Shown here in pieces: positions 50,613-61,118 of a stretch of 64,000 nt of DNA (positions within the stretch are counted from its first letter, which is position 1; each line of letters starts with the position of its first letter). The stretch spans positions 186,001 to 250,000 of IMG/VR virus record IMGVR_UViG_3300027816_000051. The stretch is one strand, 5' to 3'. The notes below the pieces were generated by a model, which was given only the letters and a program-made list of their open reading frames with translations, made no database searches and was not told the DNA's origin. The translations under genes and the position numbers were made by a program.

Positions 50613-52196
50613 TTAGGTTGATACCATCTGAATTTTATATGTCCTTGCAATCTGTTCGTAATTGTTCTTATTGATATTTTTAAAGACCGACCTCTTATAT
50701 ACAACTTTGTTGGTTTGACTATCTCGGATTGGTCCTTGGAAATTCCAAACAATTAAATCTTTTTTAGTGGTTGGGTCTTCTATGGTCATACCAACTTCTC
50801 CGTCTATATAACTAAGACCTTTAACACGGAATTGCATTACCATATCATCCTCAACATTTGCTTCGGCTTTAAAGTTTGATAGTACATTGGATAATACCTT
50901 TTTGATAGATTCACTAATAATACTTTCAGCCATGGTTGAAGTTTCATCATTTCCACTCAATTGTTGGGCTAACATCATAGGACTTTTACAAACTTCACCA
51001 TCACCACCCAATTGTTCGAAATATGTTGGTGCGTTTTGAACGAGATAACTTGTTCCTTTATCACCCATTGCAAATACTCTTGCACCTTTGGCTAATTTTT
51101 GAACCCTTGGGTCTTCAATGAATTTAGCGGGAACCCCAACACATCCATAACTTTGATTCGCATTTGCGATTAATTTAATTGAGTTCAAATATTCTTTTGG
51201 TACCTTACCCGCAGATAAGTCGGCTTTTAATACGTTTCTTAAATCTTCACTGGCTGTTAGTCTCCCTTCAATATTGGGAATACCGTGAATCGCGGCAGCC
51301 ATTTGTTTACCCCCTTGGTCTTTCAAATTGAATACATTTTTACCTTTACCAGTATATCCCGTATTACTACCTAAACTTGATATGTTATAAATGCCCTTTG
51401 CTAAAAAACGTTCTTTGTAGTGGTCAACAACAAAATAAGCAGCATCGGCTATACATATTTTTGATGACTCATCCCATCTTCTTCTTGAGTCTTTTACACA
51501 GGATTCTTTTGTTGTAAAATTACTTGCGGTACAAAGACGAGGAGACGCTTCTAATTTTTGACCTTTTGCGTCATCACCGGGTACCGGACTATTTTTACAC
51601 CAATCCGCGTGAGTATAACTTTTACTATCTGATATTGATTTTTGTTCATTAGCACCATCAACAACTTGGGTGTGAAGTACGTATTTACTACCTGTATCAA
51701 AAAGATATATCAAATTGTACTTTGGGTCGTAAACGAAAAACGGTTTGTCGTTTAATTTTCTTTTTTCAATGTATGTTAATTCAGCATCGATTCTTGGGGT
51801 ATAGTTATATTTTGTACCTACAGTTTCGGATTTCTTTTCCAATTCTGATTTTTGTTTAGCAACTGGATTTACAACAATTGGTTTGGTTTGTAGATTGTCT
51901 TGATATCCAGCATAACCTCCTTGTTGACCAAGTCTACCCGTATTTAAACCCGTAAATTTCTTCACAGGTTCCACCGGTTTTGTTGAACCGAATACTTTTG
52001 TTTTGATTGCTTCTTTTCCCGTACCGGTGGCTAATCTATATGTTTTTTGGTTTTTTAATTTATAATAGTAGTTGTCACCATCTTTCATGTAATCGTACTT
52101 ACCATCATAATTGGTGACATAGGTTTTCTGTTCGTTGATAACTGATTCGACAATATTAACTAAATCCGACTCAGTGAGTCTTATTACTTTTCCCAT
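50613..52196 (-). CDS. Leader-bearing protein with L,D-transpeptidase (YkuD)-like domain
   Basis: MGKVIRLTESDL leader; PFFVYD..IYLFD, AIHG, SYGCVGV. Confidence 0.65.
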   Translation of the reverse strand: MGKVIRLTESDLVNIVESVINEQKTYVTNYDGKYDYMKDGDNYYYKLKNQKTYRLATGTGKEAIKTKVFGSTKPVEPVKKFTGLNTGRLGQQGGYAGYQDNLQTKPIVVNPVAKQKSELEKKSETVGTKYNYTPRIDAELTYIEKRKLNDKPFFVYDPKYNLIYLFDTGSKYVLHTQVVDGANEQKSISDSKSYTHADWCKNSPVPGDDAKGQKLEASPRLCTASNFTTKESCVKDSRRRWDESSKICIADAAYFVVDHYKERFLAKGIYNISSLGSNTGYTGKGKNVFNLKDQGGKQMAAAIHGIPNIEGRLTASEDLRNVLKADLSAGKVPKEYLNSIKLIANANQSYGCVGVPAKFIEDPRVQKLAKGARVFAMGDKGTSYLVQNAPTYFEQLGGDGEVCKSPMMLAQQLSGNDETSTMAESIISESIKKVLSNVLSNFKAEANVEDDMVMQFRVKGLSYIDGEVGMTIEDPTTKKDLIVWNFQGPIRDSQTNKVVYKRSVFKNINKNNYEQIARTYKIQMVST

Positions 52197-52302
52197 GTTT
52201 TTTTTCTATATAAATATCATAATCAGTCAGAAATTATGAACCTCGTACGCCGGAACCGGGAATTTTCTTAAAACGTAATATTTATTGGAAATAAAGATTA
52301 AT

Positions 52303-52581
52303 ATGAAAAAAAGTATAAAATTAACCGAAGCCGAATTGATAAAGGTGATAAAAAAGGTTATTAAAGAATCGAATCTTTCTGAATCCATGTTACCAGGAAC
52401 TTACGCCATGATGGCAGCAGAAGAAGCCGCATCTAAAGTTTCACAAATGTTAATGAACGAATATTCAAGATTTGCCGGACCTGAACAAAAAGGGTCTATT
52501 AAGAATATGTTTTTGAAAATGTTTTGTGAACGTCTTGAAAGTATCATCTTGAATAAAGATGAAGAAATGGGTCAAGATTAA
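52303..52581 (+). CDS. Small leader-bearing protein
   Basis: MKKSIKLTEAELIKVIKKVIKE. Confidence 0.6.
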   Translation: MKKSIKLTEAELIKVIKKVIKESNLSESMLPGTYAMMAAEEAASKVSQMLMNEYSRFAGPEQKGSIKNMFLKMFCERLESIILNKDEEMGQD

Positions 52582-52593
52582 AAAGAAATAATC

Positions 52594-52716
52594 ATGGCAA
52601 AGGCAAGAAAAGAACACCCCAAACCCAAAAGTAGAAAATCAGTAAAAAAGACATCTCGTAGAATCGAAAAGAACAATGAGATGTTGAGAAAGATTTGGGA
52701 AGAAATGCGTAAATAA
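52594..52716 (+). CDS. Very basic 40-aa peptide (not in the ORF track)
   Basis: MAKARKEHPKPKSRKSVKKTSRRIEK... fills the gap between two genes. Confidence 0.45.
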   Translation: MAKARKEHPKPKSRKSVKKTSRRIEKNNEMLRKIWEEMRK

Positions 52717-52731
52717 AAACTATTTGTAAAC

Positions 52732-53208
52732 ATGGGACAAAGAATTATCATATCAGAAGAAGATAAAAACCGTATAAAAGGTTTATACGAACAAACCAGT
52801 AGTAAACCATTTAATTTCTTCACATATAAGGACACCGTACACAATATGATTGAATCCATGACATCTTTAATGGAAAACATTGAGAGGTCAAAACTGTGTC
52901 AATCATTGGACAATCAACTCCAACCGACTTTTGGTTTGGTGGACGATTTGGTTGCAAGAATGGCGGCAGATAATGGTATGAGTGAAGGTGAGTCTATTAA
53001 GTATGTTTACGATACTTGGAAACAACAAAAAACAGGTGGTATGCCACTTTTAATGAAACTAATTGGTGGTAACGTAAGTGTCTCAAAAGAAATGGTGGAC
53101 AAATTATATGCCCACATTAGAACCAAACAAAACGGAGCGTTATTAACCTCCATCATATCGGACATATTTGGAAGTGCCGGTATTAAACAAATACCAATGT
53201 GTTCTTAA
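52732..53208 (+). CDS. Leader-bearing hypothetical protein
   Basis: MGQRIIISEEDKNRIKGLYEQ. Confidence 0.65.
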   Translation: MGQRIIISEEDKNRIKGLYEQTSSKPFNFFTYKDTVHNMIESMTSLMENIERSKLCQSLDNQLQPTFGLVDDLVARMAADNGMSEGESIKYVYDTWKQQKTGGMPLLMKLIGGNVSVSKEMVDKLYAHIRTKQNGALLTSIISDIFGSAGIKQIPMCS

Positions 53209-53221
53209 AATATTTATATAC

Positions 53222-53782
53222 ATGGGACAAAGAATTATCATATCCGAAGGGGACAGAAAACACATAAGAGGTTTGTACGAACAACCAACTTCAACACCTG
53301 AAGAAAACACACCATTTTTAGAGTGGGCGGAAAACGCTGAGATTACACCATTTATTGCACCAAACCCATATAGTGGTGGTGATTTGAAATTAGGTGTACA
53401 AATTAAAAGTTCAACCGGTGAGGATTTATCTAAAATAAGTCAAACCGCAAACCAAAAGACAATCATAAACCTAATTGAAAGAATGGATATCATTACCGAA
53501 AACGGACAGGTTGTTCATACTTTCACAACCGAAGAACAAGATGGAAGTGGTAGTGGTTTATTTAATTTCTCAACGTTTAAACCCACATATGAAATAATCG
53601 ATAACTCATTTGTTGTTTACACCACCATAAGTGAAAATTCTGAGGTGATTCAAAAACTTAAACAGTTTACAAATAAAACAAATAAATTCATTGTTACTGT
53701 TACCCCTCGTCTATCAAACGATTTATTAAAGACTGGTTCCAAATTATTCAAAACCAAGTCAAACATATTAATGGTAAACTAA
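53222..53782 (+). CDS. Leader-bearing hypothetical protein
   Basis: MGQRIIISEGDRKHIRGLYEQ; TATTTATA upstream. Confidence 0.65.
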   Translation: MGQRIIISEGDRKHIRGLYEQPTSTPEENTPFLEWAENAEITPFIAPNPYSGGDLKLGVQIKSSTGEDLSKISQTANQKTIINLIERMDIITENGQVVHTFTTEEQDGSGSGLFNFSTFKPTYEIIDNSFVVYTTISENSEVIQKLKQFTNKTNKFIVTVTPRLSNDLLKTGSKLFKTKSNILMVN

Positions 53783-53808
53783 TATTTATAAAAAAACATT
53801 AAAAAATT

Positions 53809-54135
53809 ATGGCAAACAAAATTGAATTAATTGATTTATTGACAAGACTATATGATTACATGGAAAATCGTGCGGATGCAGACGGTAGTTCAGAAGGGTA
53901 TGTTGCAAACGAGGAAATGGGTTTAATGGGTGAAATTGATGATATGTTACATGCGTTGGGTCAAAAAGGTTTTGGTAGTGATGTCAGAGCGTCCCTTGAT
54001 TCAAAATACAAATTCGGTGGTTTCAGTTTAAATGAAAACTCAAAAAACAGTAGTAAGAAAAAGGTTATTAAATTAAACGAATCAGAACTGATTAAGGTGA
54101 TTAAAAAAGTTATTAAAGAAAACTCAAAAATATGA
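53809..54135 (+). CDS. Hypothetical protein with the leader-type motif at its C-terminus
   Basis: Ends KKVIKLNESELIKVIKKVIKENSKI. Confidence 0.6.
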   Translation: MANKIELIDLLTRLYDYMENRADADGSSEGYVANEEMGLMGEIDDMLHALGQKGFGSDVRASLDSKYKFGGFSLNENSKNSSKKKVIKLNESELIKVIKKVIKENSKI

Positions 54136-54794
54136 AACCAAAAACATTAAACGAAGAGATTAACCGTATTAAAAACATCATGGGTTTCATTAATGAATCC
54201 ATGGATGAACCTACTGGTGAAACTCAAGAATTTAACGGTAAAACCTATCCAAGTCACCACGGTAGTCCCTTTGATAGAGGTAGTGCTGATAGTTGGTATA
54301 GCCGTGGAACCAACCCACATAAAAACCATCCTGAATATTCCGAAGATTTAACCCCCGAGGAAATCGATGCGTATTATGCTGGATTCTATTGGAATGAGAG
54401 ACATGGTGACCATAAAGATTATGGTGATGATGACGATAGAATGAGAGATGATGATTTGGATGAATCTAATCATGAATTAAATGAAGATGAGGTAAACTAT
54501 AATATTAATCGAGCTATCCAATGTTTCTTAAATAAGAAAGGTATTAAAGATGATGCCGGTCAACCACTAAAGATTGATGGTTCTATTGGTAGATTACCTA
54601 ATTCAAAATCAGCTCAAGCCATTGCAAAATACCAAGAAAAACTTGGTGTTTATCCTGTGGATGGTGTTTGGGGTCCTGATACCATGGAAAAAATGCCACC
54701 GAAAGATTTGGCGATGTATAAAGATTGTAAATCTGAATATGGTGACATATTCGATAAGGGTCTCCACATGTTGGGACTCGACGAAGAAAAATAA
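54132..54794 (+). CDS. Leader-bearing protein with peptidoglycan-binding domain
   Basis: IQCFLN..LKIDGSIG..AQAIAKYQEKLG..VDGVWGPDT. Confidence 0.75.
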   Translation: MKPKTLNEEINRIKNIMGFINESMDEPTGETQEFNGKTYPSHHGSPFDRGSADSWYSRGTNPHKNHPEYSEDLTPEEIDAYYAGFYWNERHGDHKDYGDDDDRMRDDDLDESNHELNEDEVNYNINRAIQCFLNKKGIKDDAGQPLKIDGSIGRLPNSKSAQAIAKYQEKLGVYPVDGVWGPDTMEKMPPKDLAMYKDCKSEYGDIFDKGLHMLGLDEEK

Positions 54795-54848
54795 AATTGA
54801 AACCCTCCACTCGGAGGGTTTTTTATTTGTAAAACTATTTATGGTGAG

Positions 54849-56000
54849 ATGAAAATAATTATTTCAGAATCACAATTCATAAAACTTAATCAATCAATAT
54901 CACAAGAAAGTGAATTGAATGAGAACCTATTGAGGTATTTTATGGGTGGTTATAAATCCGCAAAAGATTTCGCGAAACTATTAAGAACAAATAAAACGAT
55001 TTCATCAGAAATTCAAAACGTATTCAAGGACCCCGTCATGTATGGGAAATTTAATTTAGTTGGTGTTAAAACAGTAGACGATTTCGCAAAATTAATTGAG
55101 TCTAATAGATATACACCAAAATTGAAAGGTCAGTTTGAACTTTTTATTTTAAAATCCCCGAAAGTTTATCCAAATCTAGTGGATATTTCCGCAAATTCTT
55201 TAGTGAAGAACAAAACGTTTTTAGAAAAATTTAGACCAGAGATGATGCAAGGTGAATCGGAATTTAGAATACAATTAAAAAAATCACGATACAACGATTA
55301 TGCTATAAATAAAATTGTTGAGAAAACTAAACATCTAATCAAAAAATCAACAAATCAATTTACATCAGCATTAGCACCAATTCAAGCCGAAATCGGGACA
55401 TTAAAACCCGATTATGTAAAACTTTTTGGTATTGAGAAGTATGATAACTTGGTATCAGCACTATTGACTAATAAAATAAATCAGACTCAATTCATCAATA
55501 CTTTAAGAAGAACAACCGGTAATACCAAAAAAGTTGGTAGTAATATGGTTAAAGTGTTTAGGGCGGGACCTAAGAAAGATAATTTTTTCTATGTTAGTCC
55601 TAGTAAAAAATATGTTACAAAAAACTATGCGTCAAATAATCCAAACGCTGTTCAACCTATGTATGTTAATTTGGGTAGAACTTTAGATTTAACTCGTTTA
55701 GACCCAAGAGCGGTGAAGATGGACTCTTTTGTAAAATATTTAAAAGATTCGGGTGTAAAATTCACAAAAGAAGAAGAAATTAAATTATTAGGTAAATTCC
55801 TCAAACCACAAAGTAAAACATCATTTGGAAAAAGTTACCATGACGTACAACTGTGGCACATAATTAACACATCACCCGAAATCGCGAGTGCAGCATCAAG
55901 AAGTGGTTTTAATTCAATTAAACAATTTGAAACATCATCATTCGCACCAGATGCGTGGAATAAAGGTGACTTTTCATATTTTATTTTGAAACAACCTTAA
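54849..56000 (+). CDS. Leader-bearing protein with C-terminal ADP-ribosyltransferase-like domain
   Basis: VFRAG, FFYVSPSKKY..Y, PMYVNL..LDL, GFNSI. Confidence 0.45.
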   Translation: MKIIISESQFIKLNQSISQESELNENLLRYFMGGYKSAKDFAKLLRTNKTISSEIQNVFKDPVMYGKFNLVGVKTVDDFAKLIESNRYTPKLKGQFELFILKSPKVYPNLVDISANSLVKNKTFLEKFRPEMMQGESEFRIQLKKSRYNDYAINKIVEKTKHLIKKSTNQFTSALAPIQAEIGTLKPDYVKLFGIEKYDNLVSALLTNKINQTQFINTLRRTTGNTKKVGSNMVKVFRAGPKKDNFFYVSPSKKYVTKNYASNNPNAVQPMYVNLGRTLDLTRLDPRAVKMDSFVKYLKDSGVKFTKEEEIKLLGKFLKPQSKTSFGKSYHDVQLWHIINTSPEIASAASRSGFNSIKQFETSSFAPDAWNKGDFSYFILKQP

Positions 56001-56233
56001 TCTTATTTTATTTGTTTTTATTGTATTGGTCAAAAAAGACCATTCCCCATCCGATAAAGACAACCCCTAAAATAATATACGGTAAAATCATAACATTTGT
56101 TTTTACATAAGATATCAATATTATTTTAATAAACAAAACAATTCTCAATCTACGTAATTAAGAAACAATAAAAAGACCGTCTTTGAAAGATTTTTTTTGT
56201 TTTACCTAATATTTATTAGAAAAGAAAATTATC

Positions 56234-56764
56234 ATGTATAAAAATTTTAGAGTTTCAGAAGAGGAGAAAAAACAAATTCTTGAAATGCACCAATCAAATG
56301 GATATAACGCCGCAAGTAATTTAATTAACGAACAAGGTGGACAAGACCCCGCTTGGATTAAACAATCCGACTCAAATCTTAATTTTACTTCAAAAGCAAA
56401 AATGGGAATTGAGGATGGAACTCAGGCGACTTATGTGGCTGGTGGGTCGGGAGACGACAGTTTTGTAATTATTATCCCAAAAGGAAGTAAATTTAAAGTA
56501 TCTCCAAGTGGTTCATTCCTTTTGTCAATAGGATATCTTGTGAGTAAAACCGCACTATTTCAAAATGGACTTCAACCCGCAACACTTTTCACTGATAATT
56601 TAGCAGTGTCAAAAGCACTTCATAGTGGTAAATTAAATGCAAGGGCGGTTAATATTGCAGGAACTGTTGATGGAAATATAATTTATGAGGGGGGTTCAAC
56701 AGCGTTTAGATTACCTAACACTGGTGAAGCTTTATCTCAGAGAATTCAAAAATCTTTTGCATAA
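56234..56764 (+). CDS. Leader-bearing hypothetical protein
   Basis: MYKNFRVSEEEKKQILEMH..LINEQ. Confidence 0.65.
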   Translation: MYKNFRVSEEEKKQILEMHQSNGYNAASNLINEQGGQDPAWIKQSDSNLNFTSKAKMGIEDGTQATYVAGGSGDDSFVIIIPKGSKFKVSPSGSFLLSIGYLVSKTALFQNGLQPATLFTDNLAVSKALHSGKLNARAVNIAGTVDGNIIYEGGSTAFRLPNTGEALSQRIQKSFA

Positions 56765-56785
56765 GTAAAAACATTTATTAAATAT

Positions 56786-56814
56786 AAAAGGGGAGTTAAA
56801 CTCCCCTTTTTTTT
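56786..56814. terminator. Bidirectional terminator (near-copy at 58785-58809)
   Basis: aaaaggggagt-taa-actccccttttt between convergent genes. Confidence 0.85.
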
Positions 56815-57355
56815 ATTTTACCAATATCATAAAATTATAGGTCTTATCACTGTAATTCTGTGAGAAAAAAACACCAACCGTTTTTGAAGACGGATTTGTT
56901 AAATCGGAAAACAAATCAGAATCTAACGACATAACATCTAATAGATAATCACAAAACTTTAATTCTTTATTTTCAAAGTGCGCAACATACCCATACTCAC
57001 TGAACAATCCGTATGTTCCCCATGTAAATCCTTGAGATAAAGGTAAACCATTTAAATTGGATACTGTGAGATAATCACTAATATCACAACTGAAGGTCAC
57101 CTCATTTACACCGTTTTCACTTCTTAAGTTATTAATTGACGTTAGAACACTTTGAATAACTAATTGTTGGTTGAGACCATATTCGGTGATTGGGGATGTC
57201 TTATCTTCTTGTAAAGGTATAATCTTAATCGACCAATCACCGTTATCCACATATGTAATAATATCTGATTTAAATCTTTTCTGAATATCAGAAGTTTGAC
57301 CAAAAGAGTTTAGTACCATTACCAAACTAACACACAAAACAACTACATTTTTCAT
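56813..57355 (-). CDS. Secreted protein with degenerate CAP-like domain
   Basis: Signal peptide; INNLRSENGV, LTNPSSKTVGV. Confidence 0.45.
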   Translation of the reverse strand: MKNVVVLCVSLVMVLNSFGQTSDIQKRFKSDIITYVDNGDWSIKIIPLQEDKTSPITEYGLNQQLVIQSVLTSINNLRSENGVNEVTFSCDISDYLTVSNLNGLPLSQGFTWGTYGLFSEYGYVAHFENKELKFCDYLLDVMSLDSDLFSDLTNPSSKTVGVFFSQNYSDKTYNFMILVK

Positions 57356-57491
57356 AACTTTTGTTTTAATATTTGAACAAAGTTATATATATTTTTAATA
57401 TATCCAAATTTTTTTTGAAATATTTTTAAAAAAAAATAATCATGGGTGTCTAATATATTTCTTGATATTTATATTATAAAGAAGAAAATTC

Positions 57492-58784
57492 ATGAGAAAA
57501 GTAATACGATTAACAGAATCGGACTTAGTGGAGGTTGTTAAAAATATTTTATTAGAACAAAATTATTCAGAGATACAAGGAACCACTGACCCTACACCAA
57601 TTGCAAAACTTTCGGTTTTAACTGATGCTGGTCTACCGGCTGATAATAATAATTTTAGGGGGAGATGGGTTTTAGAACAACCAAACATAGGTAAAACTTT
57701 TAGTGAAACAAAAAATTTAAGTCTATTTAGAAATTTAACACCAAAATCACCCGCTGGTGGTGAGAATTATATTGAGATGATGGTACAAAAATTTATACCT
57801 AATGAACTAAATCCTGATAAAACAATTAAAAAGAAAGGTTATCCCGATACGAGTACCCCACCTGTTGTAGAATCTTTAACTAATAGTGGTTCAAAAACAT
57901 TTAATGTTAAATACAAAGACCCCGATGGTAAACATACTTGGAGTCTCATTAGGATAGTAGCATCAGGTAATGGTTTGTTAGCCTTATCTAGAGCGTTATT
58001 AGAAGCTCAAGGAACACCAAATAAAATTACAATTGGTATGTCACAAACTAAAAGGGCTAGCGGTAGTTATGTATATAATGCGGCAAAAATTGGTAATATC
58101 ACACCAACGTTGAATCTAATATCGAATATGGTAACCGCATCCATTATTACTAAGAGTGGGTTACTTTCTCCAACATTAAAACAATACGTCAGTGGTGATA
58201 TGGTTAGTATTGGTACATATTTTAACAGGTCTAACGAAGACATTGCAAAATTAATCGCGAATTCGTTATACTTTTTTGATACATTTTTTATTCCCGAAAA
58301 CGAAATTCAGGTTTTCAGAAAAAAAACAGATTCGTCAGGAAAGTTACTTTTACCAAACTATAATTCTCAACCTTTTTTAGATTTGATAAACACAATGCCA
58401 GTGTTTAATGACATCCAAGGGTTGGTGGATGGACAAGGTGGATACCAAAAATGGAAAAATGTTGAACCAGAGGTTATAAAATTATATGACAAATATAATG
58501 AATTAATTAAAAATGCTGTTGTTGAACAATACAAGAAAAGATTATTAGCATTTTTTACTGATGTTTATAAAGACGCAAATCAAGCAAATCAACTTGTAAG
58601 TTCGACACAATTTAGGTCTGCTAGTATAAAAATTGAGGGTGCATTTAACAACGCGGTCGAAGGTGTGAAATACACAGGTACGGTAAAAATTGATAATGCA
58701 ACATCAAAAACAACGGCTAACACCTATGAAGTCGGTAAATCAAAACCTATTACAAATACCCCAAAACAACCTAACCAAAAATAA
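57492..58784 (+). CDS. Leader-bearing hypothetical protein
   Basis: MRKVIRLTESDLVEVVKNILLEQ; TATTTATA upstream. Confidence 0.7.
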   Translation: MRKVIRLTESDLVEVVKNILLEQNYSEIQGTTDPTPIAKLSVLTDAGLPADNNNFRGRWVLEQPNIGKTFSETKNLSLFRNLTPKSPAGGENYIEMMVQKFIPNELNPDKTIKKKGYPDTSTPPVVESLTNSGSKTFNVKYKDPDGKHTWSLIRIVASGNGLLALSRALLEAQGTPNKITIGMSQTKRASGSYVYNAAKIGNITPTLNLISNMVTASIITKSGLLSPTLKQYVSGDMVSIGTYFNRSNEDIAKLIANSLYFFDTFFIPENEIQVFRKKTDSSGKLLLPNYNSQPFLDLINTMPVFNDIQGLVDGQGGYQKWKNVEPEVIKLYDKYNELIKNAVVEQYKKRLLAFFTDVYKDANQANQLVSSTQFRSASIKIEGAFNNAVEGVKYTGTVKIDNATSKTTANTYEVGKSKPITNTPKQPNQK

Positions 58785-58814
58785 AAAAAGGGAGTTTAAA
58801 CTCCCTTTTGTTTT

Positions 58815-59255
58815 TTATAAACCGGCTTCCCAAGTTATAAGATGGTCATCTTGGGGTAAAGAAACTTTCACAGAGTCCTGTCCAATAAATTTAATGTAAC
58901 CATTTAACTTATCACCGATAATTTGAATGGTTATGGTATTCATGTCGTCATTTTTGTAGTATTGTGAAACTTTATAACCACGACATTCACCTTTTAGGTT
59001 CATAACAATCACGGAATCTGGTTTGATATCCATGGGTGTTTTACGTCTCACCAAAATACGGTCGGCATAAATCAATGGGTCAGTTATTCTTTCTTCAAGA
59101 TTATCATCCTCCATTGGGGTTATCTTCAACCCATTCTTGATTTCAACCAACTTAATTGGATAAATCAAATCCACCGATGAATCGGTTTCGTTTTCTTGTC
59201 CAAACAATACCACTGAAGACAAGATGAAGACGGCGATTAATGATAATTTTTTCAT
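58815..59255 (-). CDS. Secreted hypothetical protein
   Basis: Bacteroidota-type signal peptide ending FG-Q. Confidence 0.6.
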   Translation of the reverse strand: MKKLSLIAVFILSSVVLFGQENETDSSVDLIYPIKLVEIKNGLKITPMEDDNLEERITDPLIYADRILVRRKTPMDIKPDSVIVMNLKGECRGYKVSQYYKNDDMNTITIQIIGDKLNGYIKFIGQDSVKVSLPQDDHLITWEAGL

Positions 59256-59378
59256 GACTTTAATTAATTTGTTGATTCAAAGGTATGGCGACTTTTAGAA
59301 TATTCCAAATTTTTTTCAAATATTTTTAAAAAAAAATCGTAACTAATTCAAAATCAACTTATTAAATTTGAAAATATT

Positions 59379-59717
59379 TTACCAAAATAGTTGTATACAT
59401 ATCATTGCCACTGCTAAAATCAAGGTAATTACGGTCTTTAAAGTCATAACCTCGGAAAATAACCACATAGACATAAAGGTGAAAACAATCATTCCTGACG
59501 CAAAACCTATAAGTCTCGCTGGCCATAACTGAAACCCAAAATATGTTACAATAAGTCGAACTGATTCTAAGGTCAGTAACATTGCGGGTACCCCAAAAAT
59601 AAAAAGACTAATTATTTTGTTATCGTTCATCCATTTATATTTCAAAGGTCCCTGATATTGTATAAATGTTAAAATGTGAGCACAAATAGCATAGACTAGT
59701 CCTAAAATTAAATTCAT
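59379..59717 (-). CDS. Small four-TM membrane protein (SMR/DMT-like topology)
   Basis: Four hydrophobic helices in 112 aa. Confidence 0.6.
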   Translation of the reverse strand: MNLILGLVYAICAHILTFIQYQGPLKYKWMNDNKIISLFIFGVPAMLLTLESVRLIVTYFGFQLWPARLIGFASGMIVFTFMSMWLFSEVMTLKTVITLILAVAMICIQLFW

Positions 59718-59812
59718 GTATTAAAGATACGAATTATTTCTATCAAATCAAAATATAAAAAATATTTTAAAATTTTTTTGGATATTCCAAAAATATGTTT
59801 TATGTTTGTGGT

Positions 59813-60484
59813 ATGAAAAGATTGATTCTGATATTATTATTGGTGAAGTCACAAATTGTTGTCTCTCAAACAAATCGTATCTCACAAGACTCTATTAATA
59901 TCTATTTTCAAAATATTGTCAACGAGTATAGGGTTAACAATAACCTAAGTAGTTTATCTATTGATACCACATTAAGTCCTTTTACAAAAAATTGGTCGGA
60001 GTACATGTTTAAACAAAATTATTGTGGACATGGTGTTGGCGACGAATCATTTGAAAATCGAGCAATTAATTTTGTATCTATAAGAGAACTTTATTGTGTT
60101 GAAAACGTGGCGGGTCCGTGGGATTTTACCAAAGACTTACCATATGATGTTGAAGACCCAAGTTACACATATTATACTAAAATTGGATTGGATGGTCTCG
60201 ATTACAAATACAAATTAACCAGCACCGAAATACACACTTTATTGGATGTTGAAAATAAAATAGGTGAAGGTGTAAACACCAACAAAAATATTGCAGTTTT
60301 CGTTTTTTATCTATGGAAAAACTCACCATCTCACAACGAAGCGTTATTAGATTATCAAACAACTAAATTCTATGTTTCCATAACATATGTTGGTACAAAA
60401 ATAACAGCGTCGTATTTAGCCACAAGTTCCCCGAAACCAATAAGTAAAAAAAGACAGGGATGGTTAAGTAAATTATGTCGTTAG
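59813..60484 (+). CDS. CAP/SCP domain secreted protein
   Basis: VNEYRVNNNL, CGH, ENVA, WKNSPSHNEALL; promoter TTTG-N20-TATGTTTG at 59777-59808. Confidence 0.8.
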   Translation: MKRLILILLLVKSQIVVSQTNRISQDSINIYFQNIVNEYRVNNNLSSLSIDTTLSPFTKNWSEYMFKQNYCGHGVGDESFENRAINFVSIRELYCVENVAGPWDFTKDLPYDVEDPSYTYYTKIGLDGLDYKYKLTSTEIHTLLDVENKIGEGVNTNKNIAVFVFYLWKNSPSHNEALLDYQTTKFYVSITYVGTKITASYLATSSPKPISKKRQGWLSKLCR

Positions 60485-60525
60485 ATTTATAACAATTAAA
60501 TGAGATATTTATAAATAAAAAAGTC

Positions 60526-60987
60526 ATGACCCAAATTATAGTAACAGAAACGCAGTTAAAGAACCTCACAAGAAGATTAAACGAAGATTCTATGGATAGT
60601 AAGTATAGAATGGAATGTAAAGCCGACGTTGATTATTATAAAGTAATGTACAACGGTATGGAAATTGAATATGTATATCCATTAAATATTAACGTAAATT
60701 TTGACATCGATTTAGAGGGAAGAAGTTATGGTATTAAAAGTGTATCCGTATATAATATCGTTGGTCCATCTGAAGTAGAAATGGAGATAGAATACTACCC
60801 TGAAAATAGTGATGATTCAGTAGATGAAACCGTTGTTGTGCCACTAAATTGGGATAATGTTGTAATAGATAAGGATGAGAATTTGGGTTATATTGGTATT
60901 GGTGATATTATACAAATTTCATTGAAAAATGATGAGAGTGGTAAAATCGTTTGTGATACCATTACAGTAAGTAGTTTCTCTATATAA
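60526..60987 (+). CDS. Leader-bearing acidic protein
   Basis: MTQIIVTETQLKNLTRRLNE; TATTTATA upstream. Confidence 0.65.
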   Translation: MTQIIVTETQLKNLTRRLNEDSMDSKYRMECKADVDYYKVMYNGMEIEYVYPLNINVNFDIDLEGRSYGIKSVSVYNIVGPSEVEMEIEYYPENSDDSVDETVVVPLNWDNVVIDKDENLGYIGIGDIIQISLKNDESGKIVCDTITVSSFSI

Positions 60988-61118
60988 TCTTTACATTTTT
61001 TTAAAGTAATCGTATACTTATAATAGACCTTGTGGTTGAAGTCGAAGTGTCCTCGTGATATTTGAGTTGGAATTGATACCAACGAATTCGGGTTCAAATA
61101 CAAAAAAATATAAGGAAT

